This document shows, piece after piece, positions 30,401-39,200 of a stretch of DNA of 58,774 nucleotides. The translations under genes and the position numbers were made by a program. The DNA lies in the NCBI GenBank assembly GCA_050331735.1, contig JBHJGN010000033.1:1-58774 (forward strand), given 5' to 3'. The notes below the pieces were generated by a model. That model saw only the letters and a program-made list of their open reading frames with translations, had not been told where the DNA came from and made no database searches. The DNA comes from Cyanophyceae cyanobacterium (GTDB taxonomy: Bacteria > Cyanobacteriota > Cyanobacteriia > Cyanobacteriales > JBHJGN01). Position 1 is the first letter of the stretch. Each line of letters opens with the position of its first letter.

Positions 30401-33210
30401 CGGTTTTCCAGAAACGCCCGTAACTCATAAGGAGCCAGCGCTTCTCCTGGTTCAGGAACAACGTAGGCAACCAGATGCGTATCTTTAACAACCGCGATCG
30501 CTGCCTGAACCGCCGGATGTTTTTGCAGCTTGGCTTTCAGTTCCTCTAGTTCGATGCGGAATCCCCGCAACTTCACCTGAGTGTCTAAGCGACCCAAAAA
30601 CTCAATCGTGCCGTCTGAGCGGTAGCGAGCGCGGTCGCCGGTTCGGTAAAGTCGCGCTCCCGAATCGCCAAATGGATGGGGAATAAAGCGCTCCGCCGTC
30701 AGTCCGGGTCGGTTTAAGTACCCCCGCGCTAGCCCAAGACCGCTGATGTAGAGTTCCCCGGTCACCCCGATGGGAACTGGCTGAAGCCATTCATCTAAAA
30801 TATAGGTTTCCGTGTTGGAGATGGGGCGACCAATAGGAGCCATCTTGTCATCGGGCTGGCAGCGATGAAGGGTAGCGCAGACGGTGATTTCGGTCGGTCC
30901 ATAGGCATTCCAAAACTGACGCTGGTCGCTCCATCGAACGAGGTGCGGCGGACAGGCTTCTCCGGCGACCACGAGCGTGTTGAGGTGGGGCAGGTTGGTT
31001 GGCGGTAAAGTCGCTAACGCAGACGGAGGTAAAGTAGCATGAGTGATGCGGTGTTCCTGAAGCAGTTGCCCTAACTCCGCTCCGGCGATTCCCTGACTCG
31101 GACCCAAACAGAGTGCTGCGCCGCGCCGCCACGCCATGACCATTTCCCAAACCGAGGCATCGAAGCTGAGGGAGGCAAACTGCAACACCCGCGAGGAAGA
31201 ATCAATGTCAAACTGATTTTGAGCTTCGCTGAGGTGGCACAGTCCGCGATGGCTGAGCATTACCCCTTTAGGCTGTCCGGTCGAACCGGAGGTGTAGATG
31301 ACGTAGGCTAAATTGTCGGGGGAAACGGGGCTTTCCGGCGGTTTAGTGGAGTCTTCTAGACGAACTGTGTCCAGATCCAGGAGCGTTCCGGGGTAGTCCT
31401 CGAAGCGCTGATGCCACGGCGATTGCGTCAGCAGTAAGGTCGCTCCCGAATCGGCGAGCATAAACTGTAAGCGTTCTTCAGGATAGGTCGGATCGAGGGG
31501 AAGGTAGGCTCCTCCAGCCTTCCAAATAGCCAGAATAGCTACCATTGCCAGGGGCGATCGCTCCACGCATAAACCCACCAAGGTGTCAGGACCGACTCCC
31601 CAAGTCTGCAACGTTTGCGCCCAGCGGTTAGCAGCTCCGTCGAGTTCTCGGTAGGTGAGGGTTTGAGACGGGGAGACCAGCGCGATCGCCTCTGGGGTTA
31701 ATCGAGCTTGACGGGTGAATAAGTGGTGGAAGCAGACTTCGGGGTAGTCGCGGCGGGTTTGGTTCCAGTCTAGTAGCTGCTGCTGGTGGGCAGCAGAAAG
31801 GAGGGGGATGTGGGCGATCGCCTGATTGGGGTTGGCGATGCTGTCTAGAATGGAGTGCAGACCATCTACTAGGCGGCGAATGGTGGCGGGAGTAAACAGA
31901 TCGCAGCTGTACTCGCACCATCCTGTCAACCCGTCGGCGGTTTCCAGCAGATTGAAAACGAGATCGAACGAGGTCGTTCCCGTGTGGAGGGGGAGCAGTT
32001 GAAGCGTGAGTCCGCCACACTGGGCGCGATCGAGGGGGGCGCTTTGAACGCTCAGCATTACCTGAACGAGGGGGGCGTGACTTGGCGATCGCTCTAGATG
32101 AAGGGCTTCTATGAGCTGCTCAAAGGGCAGATCTTGATGGGCGTTAGCCTCCACAACGACCTCCCGCACTCTTCCCAGCAGCGTTCGCCAGCTCCAAGAG
32201 CCGTCTAGAGAGGTTCGTAGGGCGAGAGTATTGACAAGCACGCCCAAAAGTTTTTCGGTTTCAGAGCGATTCCGATTGGCAACCGGGGTTCCGATTAAGA
32301 AATCGGTTTGCTGGGTATAGCGGTAGAGCAGCACGTTCAAAGCTGCCAAGACGGTCATAAAGAGGGTCGCTCCCTCCTGCTGTGCCCGGTGCTTGAGGGA
32401 TTGCGTTAGCGCTTGCCCAACCTTAATCGGTTCAGTCGCGCCGCGAAAACTCTGCACCGCCGGACGAGGGTAATCTGTGGGCAACGGCAGCAGCGTCGGA
32501 ACATCCCGCAACTGCGACCGCCAGTAGCCCAGAAGGCGATCGCGCTGTTTGTGAAGTTCCTGTCGCTGCCAAACGGCGTAATCGACGTACTGAATGGGGA
32601 GCGGAGGCAGGGGCGATGGACGGCTGCCCTCGTAAGCTTCGTACAGGGCAATGAAGTCTCGCACGAACACTCCCAAAGCCCAGCCATCGGCGATGATGTG
32701 GTGGAGGCTGAGGCAAAGCACCGCCTCGGTGGAACTTAATTGCAGTAACACCGTTCTCCATAGCGGATGCGATAAATCGAAGGGAGCCACCGCAATTTCA
32801 GCGGCGATTCGTTGCTGTTCTAAGTTCCGTGGCGCTGACGGCAGTTGCTGTAGGTCAATCACCGGTACCGTCTGAGACTGGGGAGGAAGAATGGTTTGTC
32901 TGGGTCCAGAGCGATCGACGGTAAAACGGGTCCGCAGAGATTCGTGGCGAGCGCACAACGCCGTCAAAGTTTGTGCCAACAGTTGGCGGTTAACTGCACC
33001 AGAAATGTGAATGGCGGCAGGAACATTATGTAGGGGACGCTCCGGTGCTAGCTGGTGTAGGAACCACAGCCGCTGTTGAGCAAAGGACAGGGGAAAGGAA
33101 CGAGCGTCACGAGGCTGAAGGGGAATTTGGGGTTGGCTCTGTAGTCGTTGTGTTAGCCGCGCTAACTGTGCCGATGACAGGTTAGCAATGCGATTAGTAA
33201 GATTTTCCAT
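24481..33210 (-). CDS. NRPS: C-A(Phe-like)-T-C-A(Gly)-T-C-TauD (fused beta-hydroxylase)
   Basis: Three HHIIxDGW C domains. A codes DAWTVAAVCK (Phe-like) and DILQLGLVWK (Gly). Two GGHSL T domains. C-terminal TauD with YGDLP, FHNESSH and DNMLVAHGR. Confidence 0.95.
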   Translation of the reverse strand: MENLTNRIANLSSAQLARLTQRLQSQPQIPLQPRDARSFPLSFAQQRLWFLHQLAPERPLHNVPAAIHISGAVNRQLLAQTLTALCARHESLRTRFTVDRSGPRQTILPPQSQTVPVIDLQQLPSAPRNLEQQRIAAEIAVAPFDLSHPLWRTVLLQLSSTEAVLCLSLHHIIADGWALGVFVRDFIALYEAYEGSRPSPLPPLPIQYVDYAVWQRQELHKQRDRLLGYWRSQLRDVPTLLPLPTDYPRPAVQSFRGATEPIKVGQALTQSLKHRAQQEGATLFMTVLAALNVLLYRYTQQTDFLIGTPVANRNRSETEKLLGVLVNTLALRTSLDGSWSWRTLLGRVREVVVEANAHQDLPFEQLIEALHLERSPSHAPLVQVMLSVQSAPLDRAQCGGLTLQLLPLHTGTTSFDLVFNLLETADGLTGWCEYSCDLFTPATIRRLVDGLHSILDSIANPNQAIAHIPLLSAAHQQQLLDWNQTRRDYPEVCFHHLFTRQARLTPEAIALVSPSQTLTYRELDGAANRWAQTLQTWGVGPDTLVGLCVERSPLAMVAILAIWKAGGAYLPLDPTYPEERLQFMLADSGATLLLTQSPWHQRFEDYPGTLLDLDTVRLEDSTKPPESPVSPDNLAYVIYTSGSTGQPKGVMLSHRGLCHLSEAQNQFDIDSSSRVLQFASLSFDASVWEMVMAWRRGAALCLGPSQGIAGAELGQLLQEHRITHATLPPSALATLPPTNLPHLNTLVVAGEACPPHLVRWSDQRQFWNAYGPTEITVCATLHRCQPDDKMAPIGRPISNTETYILDEWLQPVPIGVTGELYISGLGLARGYLNRPGLTAERFIPHPFGDSGARLYRTGDRARYRSDGTIEFLGRLDTQVKLRGFRIELEELKAKLQKHPAVQAAIAVVKDTHLVAYVVPEPGEALAPYELRAFLENRVPEYMIPAAFVSLATLPLTPNGKVDRRALPDPDPHQLRAAVATAFLPPRTAMEEALVRLWQAVLGQDVLGVEDNFFKLGGHSLLATQLVSRIEEQFEVTLPLRTLFESPTIAQLAERIQALQSRQPSPASERTITPIPHTGALPLSFAQKRLWFLHRLEPESSYHIPAAIEMRGHLDVAALEQSINAIIQRHATLRTTFPAADGQPVQVISPTGAVTIPVVDLQALTPNEQELEVQRLAHREQERPFDLAAGALLRLTLVRRQAQQSVLFVMLHHIIADGWSLGILTRELAVLYNAFSQGQPDPLPKLPLQYVDFAHWQQQWLQGEMEAQLSYWRSQLQDALPLLSLPSDRPRPPVQSFRGDVRSRSFPPTLTKALQQFSQEQNVTLFMTLLAAFKVLLFRTSGQTDLSVGTPIANRNHREIEGLIGFFVNTLVLRTYPSEELSFREFLGQVRETALGAYAHQDLPFEKLVEDLQPNRNLSYTPLFQVLFVLQNAPTAALSLPGLTLTHLPVPRQTAKFDLTLEITVTDAGIAAQIESSCDLFEGTTIERLLGHLQTLLEGIVARPDERLQTLPLLRDGERQQLLVEWNQTDRDTDELFLPQIERQVARTPERVAVRCGEAQLTYAELDRRANQLAAYLCQQGVRPEVRVGIYLERSPALLVALLAVLKAGGTYIPLDPSYPQERIASILSDAQVSVLLAQTDLLSALPKHQATVICVDRVEADRSISNSHPVIAEQLAYIIYTSGSTGKPKGVQIPHRAVANFLCAMQQHLQLKEQDVWLAVTSLSFDIAVLELFLPLTVGATVVLAPRHMVADGRLLMTQMQEAGVTVMQGTPATWRLLLAAGWSGERHLQLLCGGEALAPQLARQLRSRARCVWNLYGPTETTVWSTIHPVVEGDGAVAIGRAIANTQIYLLDSADNPVPIGVPGELCIGGKGVARGYLQRPQLTAEQFIPDPFSDQPGSRLYRTGDLARWKPDGTLEFLGRCDRQVKVRGHRLELAEIETCLQAHPRVETAVAVAAGDSLVAYIVPVAPTESAELREFLQQRLPSYAIPQQFVRLQALPLTPNGKIDRRALPAPTPLSSEDHVPPRTPTEAKIARIWQSVLTVKDMSVTANFFDLGGHSLLATQVITRVGQTFAVEVPLRQLFESPTIAELAAWVQNHANPFKLPTIEPVSRDQPLPLAFAQERLWFMEQLAPGTGDYNELSAVRLTGALNLAALHQSFRAIVQRHEILRTRFTVHQGQPVQLVASVELELPLIDLQRLAPNEQASEVERLAIAVARSPFVLTHLPLLRVLVLRLSEGEHVVFVVTHHIISDGWSKGVLIRELAHLYTAYTTSSPTLPPLPIQYADFAWWQRQQLGSEAWERQLSYWRQQLGGPLPVLSLPTDSVRSTGHVQGATVRLTLSPELTDKLTALTQASGVTLFMTLLAGFNLLLYRYTGQTDIIVGTDIANRNSVEIEGLIGFFVNLLVLRTDLAGNPSFRELLKRVQDVALQAYAHQDLPFAHLVNALQPPRQAGTTPFFQVLFVLQNAPVPSWELPNLTLTPLELDMGTAKFDLAVFLHETPTGISMAWNYRTDLFAATTINRMAHQFETLLERLVNHPDQKIEALTSSNAYASSPPQHQPVPPPRRKFQRVTPQAVQQATADLVKIAVQPSGLLMIQPQSDGVDLATWAAAQRSPLETQLLQHGAILWRGFSVPTAQKFEQVVQGLCPDLFADYGDLPRAGAGGKVYGSTPYPSDKAIRFHNESSHLAQWPMKIWFYCQQAAQQGGATPTVDGRQVYQALPWQVRKRLQQKQLLYVRNYIKGLDVSWQDFFRTRERAVVEQRSRELGMTVKWLDDDGLQTRQVRPAIAPHPQTGEWLVFNQLQLHHPAYLDPATQKSLRSLLGDRVSDTECFPRQVYYGDGSPIEPEVLAALDTAYSESERVFSWQPGDILMLDNMLVAHGRQPYVGPRQILVAMGQMMTQAKLDARS

Positions 33211-36200
33211 CCGTCTGCCCTCCGTCTAAGGTCAATGATGCCCCCAGCTCAGAACGGTCCGGTTCTCCGCTGCCATCGAGTTCTTCAAGCACCGCCCCAT
33301 CGATTTGAGCGGCGATCGCCTCCGCGATTGCTTGCGCCAGGGCTGCCACCGTCGGTTGCTCAAATAACGTTCGTAACGGCACGTCCACCGAAAAGCCTTC
33401 CCGCACCCGCGTGATCGCCTGAGTGGCCAGTAGAGAATCTCCCCCCAGCTCGAAAAAATTGTCCTCAACCGAGATCTCCTGCCGTTGGAGCACCGCTTTC
33501 CAAATGTCGGCTACAGCTTGCTCTAGAGCGTTACGGGGCGGCTGGCGCTCGGCAGGAGCGGGGGCGGTAAAGCTCAAGTCCTTCTGGAGAGTGCGCCGAT
33601 CGACTTTCCCATTGGCGGTGAGCGGCAACCGCTCCAGAGGAACATAGGTTTGAGGAACCATGTAGACGGGAAGTTTGCGAGCGAGGTAGTCTTTGAGGGG
33701 AGCAGGGGTGAACGAGCGCACGGCTGAGGGTCCGCGGACCAAAAACACATCAAACCCCAAACGATCGGCGGCGGTATTTAGCTGTAACCGCTGCACCTCG
33801 CTAAATCCGGCATTTAGCAGAGCCTGTTGCCACTGTTTTCGAGATAGCAACGGATGGTGCTGTCGCAAGGACTCATCTTCAAAGCGATCGAACCCCTGCT
33901 GTAGTCCCATCGTTAGCTCGAAGGCACTCTGAAACTTCGTTTCTTCGAGCAGCAGCAATACGCCCCCTGGTCGCAGGAGCGATCGCACATGGCTCAAAGT
34001 TTCGGCAATATTGCGGGTGGCATGGAGGACGCTAGCGGCGATGACGACATCGAAGCTATGCAGCTCGTAGCCCTGGTTTTGAGGAGGCTTCTCCAGATCG
34101 AGCCGCCTAGTTTGCAGGAACGGATACTCGTAATTCTGCTCAGCTAGCTGAAGGAAGTAGGGAGAAATATCGGTGAATACGTAGGTTGTGCGTTCTGTCG
34201 GTAACAGCGGCAAAACGTGAGTGGTCGTTGCCCCCAACCCCGCGCCAACTTCAATCATCCGTAGCGGTGCATCGGACGGCCACCCCTCTACTAAAGCGGC
34301 GATCGCTGTACGCATCACGGCATGACTGGTTTGGAACTGCTGCTGGTACACTTTAGGAACGGCTGCGGCTGTATAGATTTGAGCAGAATGACGCTTTTCC
34401 GTGAGGATGTCCGCCAGATGGGTGGCGATATCGGTTAACAGGGCGAGCTCTGCTTCTCCCAGAGCTAACGACTGACGGGCGCTGGTGTGGATTTGAACCA
34501 GCAACTCCGGCGGTAACTGCTCCGGGAGCGATCGCACCAAGAGATAGTCGCTGCCGACTTTCAGGTATCCGTGACGAACCAGTTCCCCAAGCGCACGACG
34601 AGTCCAGCGGCGGTAGCGGGGGGAAATCTGACTGCGCTGCATCAGCCCATCGAGGGAGTAGCGCTCGTCCCTAGCATCGCCCTGCCAAATCCCTAACCGC
34701 TGTAGCGCGACACCAACAGCGCAGATATAGAGCTGTTCTAACTCCTGCCAAAACGCTAACATCTCCTCAGCTCCCGTCTCGCCGATTTGGAGTTGGGAAG
34801 CTTTCTCTACCCAGGTTTGCCAACGGCTGAAGCTATCCGGGGCATCCTGCTGCACCCGCACCGTTGCGCCGGAGTCTGCTGCCAGCAGCACGAAGGCGAC
34901 CAGTTTCCGTTCCCCACTGAGCACCACCGCCCGCTTGACTTCTGGGTGCTGTTCGAGAACCGTCTCGATTTCCCCCAGTTCGATGCGATGACCGTTAATT
35001 TTAACCTGGTCGTCAGCCCGTCCGAGAAACTCAACATCTCCGGTGGGTAGATAGCGTCCCAAATCGCCGGTGCGATACAGGCGCTCTCCGGTACGGGGAT
35101 GGACGATGAAGCTGGCTGCGGTTTTCGCCTCGTCGCGCCAGTAGCCCTGAGCTAGCCCCACCCCGCCGATGTAGAGCTGTCCGGTGACCCAAAGCGGGCA
35201 GGGTTCGAGGTGGTCGTCAAATACGTAGAAGCGTTGATCAGCCAGAGGTTTGCCGTAGGGAATACTCGTCCAGTGCGGCTCGACTTCGTCCACGGGATAA
35301 ACAATCGACCAGATCGAGGCTTCTGTAGCACCGCCCAAGCTGATTACTTGAGCACTAGGGCTGAGCGCTCGGATCTGGTTGGGAAGGCTGAGGGGCAGCC
35401 AGTCGCCGCTGAGCAGCACTAACCGCAGGGATGGCAGCAGGCGCTCAGAACGGTGGTTTCTGTCGGCCACTAACATCTGCATTAAGGTCGGAACGGAGTT
35501 CCAAATGGTGACTTCCTCACGGACGATTAACTCTCCCCAAACGGCAGGATCTCTCGCCGCATCTGCGGGCGGCATGACGATCGTTGCCCCCGCCGCTAGC
35601 GTTCCGAAAATGTCGTAAACCGACAGGTCGAAACTTAACGAAGAAAGGGCAAACACGCGATCGCTCTCGCCGATCTCGAACCGCTCATTGATGTCCAAAA
35701 TCGTGTTGACCGCGCCGCGATGGTCGATGGCTACCCCTTTGGGTGCGCCGGTGGAGCCGGAAGTATAGATGACGTAGGCTAGATCGGTGGCTGCCTGTAC
35801 AGACAGGGAGAAGGAAGCAGAGACGGTGGGCAAGGCAGTATCAATGGCTAGCGTTTGCAGTCCAGGAGGAAACGTCCCCTCGCTCTGAAGCCAGCTTTGG
35901 GTTAGTACGATGCTCACCTCACCCCGTTCAAGCAGATGCCAGCGACGCTCCTGGGGCAAACACGGATTAACGGGCAGATACGCGGCTCCAGCCATGAGAA
36001 TTCCTAAAGCGGCAACAACTTGCTCCCACCCTTTTTCCATGGCGATCGCCACTAGCTGATTGGGTCGGACGTTTTGATGGCGCAGGTATTGAGCGACTCG
36101 TTGGGCTTGAGCGAGCAGTTCTCCGTAGGTTAAGGTCAGCGAGGAGGTCACGATGGCTGGATGCTGAGAACGAGCCTCGGCTTGGCTCATGAAGAGGGTA

Positions 36201-39200
36201 TGAAGCAGCGCGTCCTGCTGAGAAGAGGCGGTTGGTTCGGCTGAGGGCGCGTCGGGGAGGAGAGCGAACCGCTGTTGCTGCCACGCCTCCGGTGCCGTTG
36301 CCAGGCAGTGTAACAGTTGCTCGTAGGCAGCGAACATGGCTGCCACTGTTCCTGGCGGGAATAACTCCTCCACCGCATCCCAATTGAGCACCAGCGCTCC
36401 TGCTTCTTCATAAACCTGGTGGTCTAGCCAGACCTGGGGGGTTTGGGCAATGCCGTAAACCATCTCCCCCAGCCAAGCGGTAGAAAATGCCGAGTCGCCC
36501 TTAAGCTGAGGGGTGGCTAACAAGCTAGTAAACACTACTGGCATGGTGGTTTCTGAGGATTCAGACCGCGCCAGGTCTCGCATCACTCGGACTCCGTTGG
36601 TGTAGCTGTGTTCTAAGTCTTGCCAAAGCTGCTGCTGTAACTGCTGCGCTCGCACCTCAAAGCACTCTATAGCGGTGTAATCGACAGCGAGTAACGTCAG
36701 CGAGGTAAAATCTCCCACCACCTGCTGAACCTGGGGGTGAATCGGCAAACGGTTAAAGGTGGTGAGGTTGAGGGTAAAGCGCCGCGTCTTGCTCCACATG
36801 GCTAACACTTCAGCGTAGGCAGCGACGAGAATGGCGGAGGGAGTCAGTCCAGCGCGGCTGCCATTCTGTTGCAGCTTCTGCCAAGTTTCCGCCTTCAGCT
36901 CGAACGTGCGGCGAGTAAAGCGCGGCTGCTGGTGTTGGGCAGGCGCGATCGCCAGCGGCAGTTCTGGAGCGCGGGGCAGTTCCCGCAGGCGGTTTTGCCA
37001 ATAGGTCAGCGAGCGCTGGTACACCTCAGACGACTCAAACCCTTTCACCGCCAGCACGTAGTCTCGGAACGACAGTTCTAGCGGCGGCAGGGATGCCTCT
37101 AAGTTGTGATAAAGCTGTCCCCATTCTTGGCAAAGCAAGCCCAAACTCGCGCCGTCGACGAGGAGATTGTCAAAGCTCAAGCACACCCTAACCCGTTCGT
37201 CGAGACGCACTGCCCGCACTGTAAACAGGGGCCATTGACCCTCGGCGTGAATTTGATGGGAGAGATGCTCGCGCAGCTCGACCAGTTGGCGCTCCCGCTC
37301 TGCTGGCGCCGCCGTCCGCAAATCGAGAACGTCAATGGTGTAGGGCGGGACGGAAGCTAAAATTTGCTGCTGTCCGTCGGGCAACACGATCGCCCGTAAC
37401 ATATCGTGGCGGTCGATGAGCTGTTGAAAAGCCTTGCTGAGGCGATCGCCATCAAGATTTTCTCCCTCAAATTCGGCATAGACATGAGCCGCAATGTTGC
37501 CCATGTCAAACAAGCCGCGCCGTCCGAGCCAGTAGGCTTGCTGAATATCGTTGAGCGGAAAAGGTTGGTGGCGTTCCGGTGCTGGTTTAAGCTGTGGCAG
37601 AGCCGTGGTGGGGGTGTCGGCGAACCCGGCGAGAATCCGCCTCGACAAAGCTGCTATATCAACGCTCTCCAGCAGGTCCGTGAGCGGAATCGTGCTGGCG
37701 AAGCTCTTTTCTAAGTCAAACTTCAGCTCTAGCGCCACAATTGAATCTAGGGCGAGGCTACTGAGGGGAGTGTCTGGCGCGATCTTATCGGGAGCGATGC
37801 CGAGGGCGGTAGCAAGGCGATCGCCCAAATCAGCGGCTAATCGCGCCTGTCGCTGGGCTGGATCAATCGCCAGCAGGGCCGTTCGCGTCAGCGACGCTTC
37901 TCGACGGGAGGGGAGGATGAGGTCGGACTCAAGTGACGCGCCCCGTTCGGCTAAGGCACTCCAGTAACGCTGTCGTTGGAAGGGATAGGTCGGCAGCACA
38001 ATCCGCTGACGAGAAAACCCGCGCTCAAACCCGACCCAATCGACTTTGGCCCCCTGTTGGTATAGCTGGCTGAGGTCGGCGAGTAAAGTTTCCCAAGTAG
38101 CCCGCTGGGGATGGATGTTGAGGGACTGATATTCCTGGACAGACCGCAGCGGCGGACTCTGAGAACCAGCCGTTCCGCCCAGATTCTGCCAGCGTTCGAG
38201 AACCTCGACTGGGGTAAGCATCTGTCCGGTACGACGGCACCATAGTGGACAGACGGGAGTTGAAGTGGCGGCAACGGGAAGACTTGCGTTCGTAATCACT
38301 GATATTCCTTGTTCCAAGCTGAAAACTCCTGCCACACAAGCCGCGACGATTTCTCCAACTCCTTCCCCCCAAACGCCATCGGGCTTTATTCCCCAAGTCT
38401 TCCAGAGTTCGGCGAGGGCATATTCGACAACGAACAGCATCCAGGGGGCGGCAGGAGGGTCTACCGGAGAAGCTGGATAGAGACGGTCGAGGACAGCCCC
38501 TTCGTGGCATTGAGCCAATAAGGCGAGACAACGAGTGAGCGCCTGTCGAAAGGTTGGAGATGTTTTGTAGAGCTGACGACTATCCACCACTGAGGATATC
38601 GGGTGGGGGAAGGCGAAGACGAGCGGGGGGGATGCAAGCGAGGCGGTGGCTCTGCTTGCCAAGGACAGAGACTCCGTTAACTGCTGCTGCAAGGATGAAA
38701 TTGAATCTGCTACCCAAGCCTGTCGGTACTGAAAATGCGATCGCCCAACTCCAGTCGTAAAACAGAGATCGCCGAGATCCAGTTGCGGACGATCGCTCAG
38801 ATACTGTTGAAACCGTTCGACCAACTCCCGCAGGGCTTGAGGGGTTTTGGCCGATAAGCTCAGCAGATGAAGAGGACGGTCATCAGCTTCGCTTTGGGAT
38901 AGCGTTTGCGGTTCTGGGGCGGCGCGGACGACAACGTGGGCGTTTGCCCCGCTCATTCCAAAGGAGTTAACTCCGAAAACAGGATGCTGAGCAGCGGGTA
39001 AGGGAACGAGAGTGGTGGGGATGCGAGCGGGAATATCGTCGAGAGCAATTTCAGGATTGAGGTGCTGGAGGTGGAGGTGAGGCGGCAGCGCCCGCTGCTG
39101 TAAGGCCAGCACCACCTTGATCAGGCTGGCTAACCCGGAGGCGGTTTCCGTATGACCGATGTTGGTCTTCACCGAAGCGAGCCAGAGGGGAGCATCGGGC

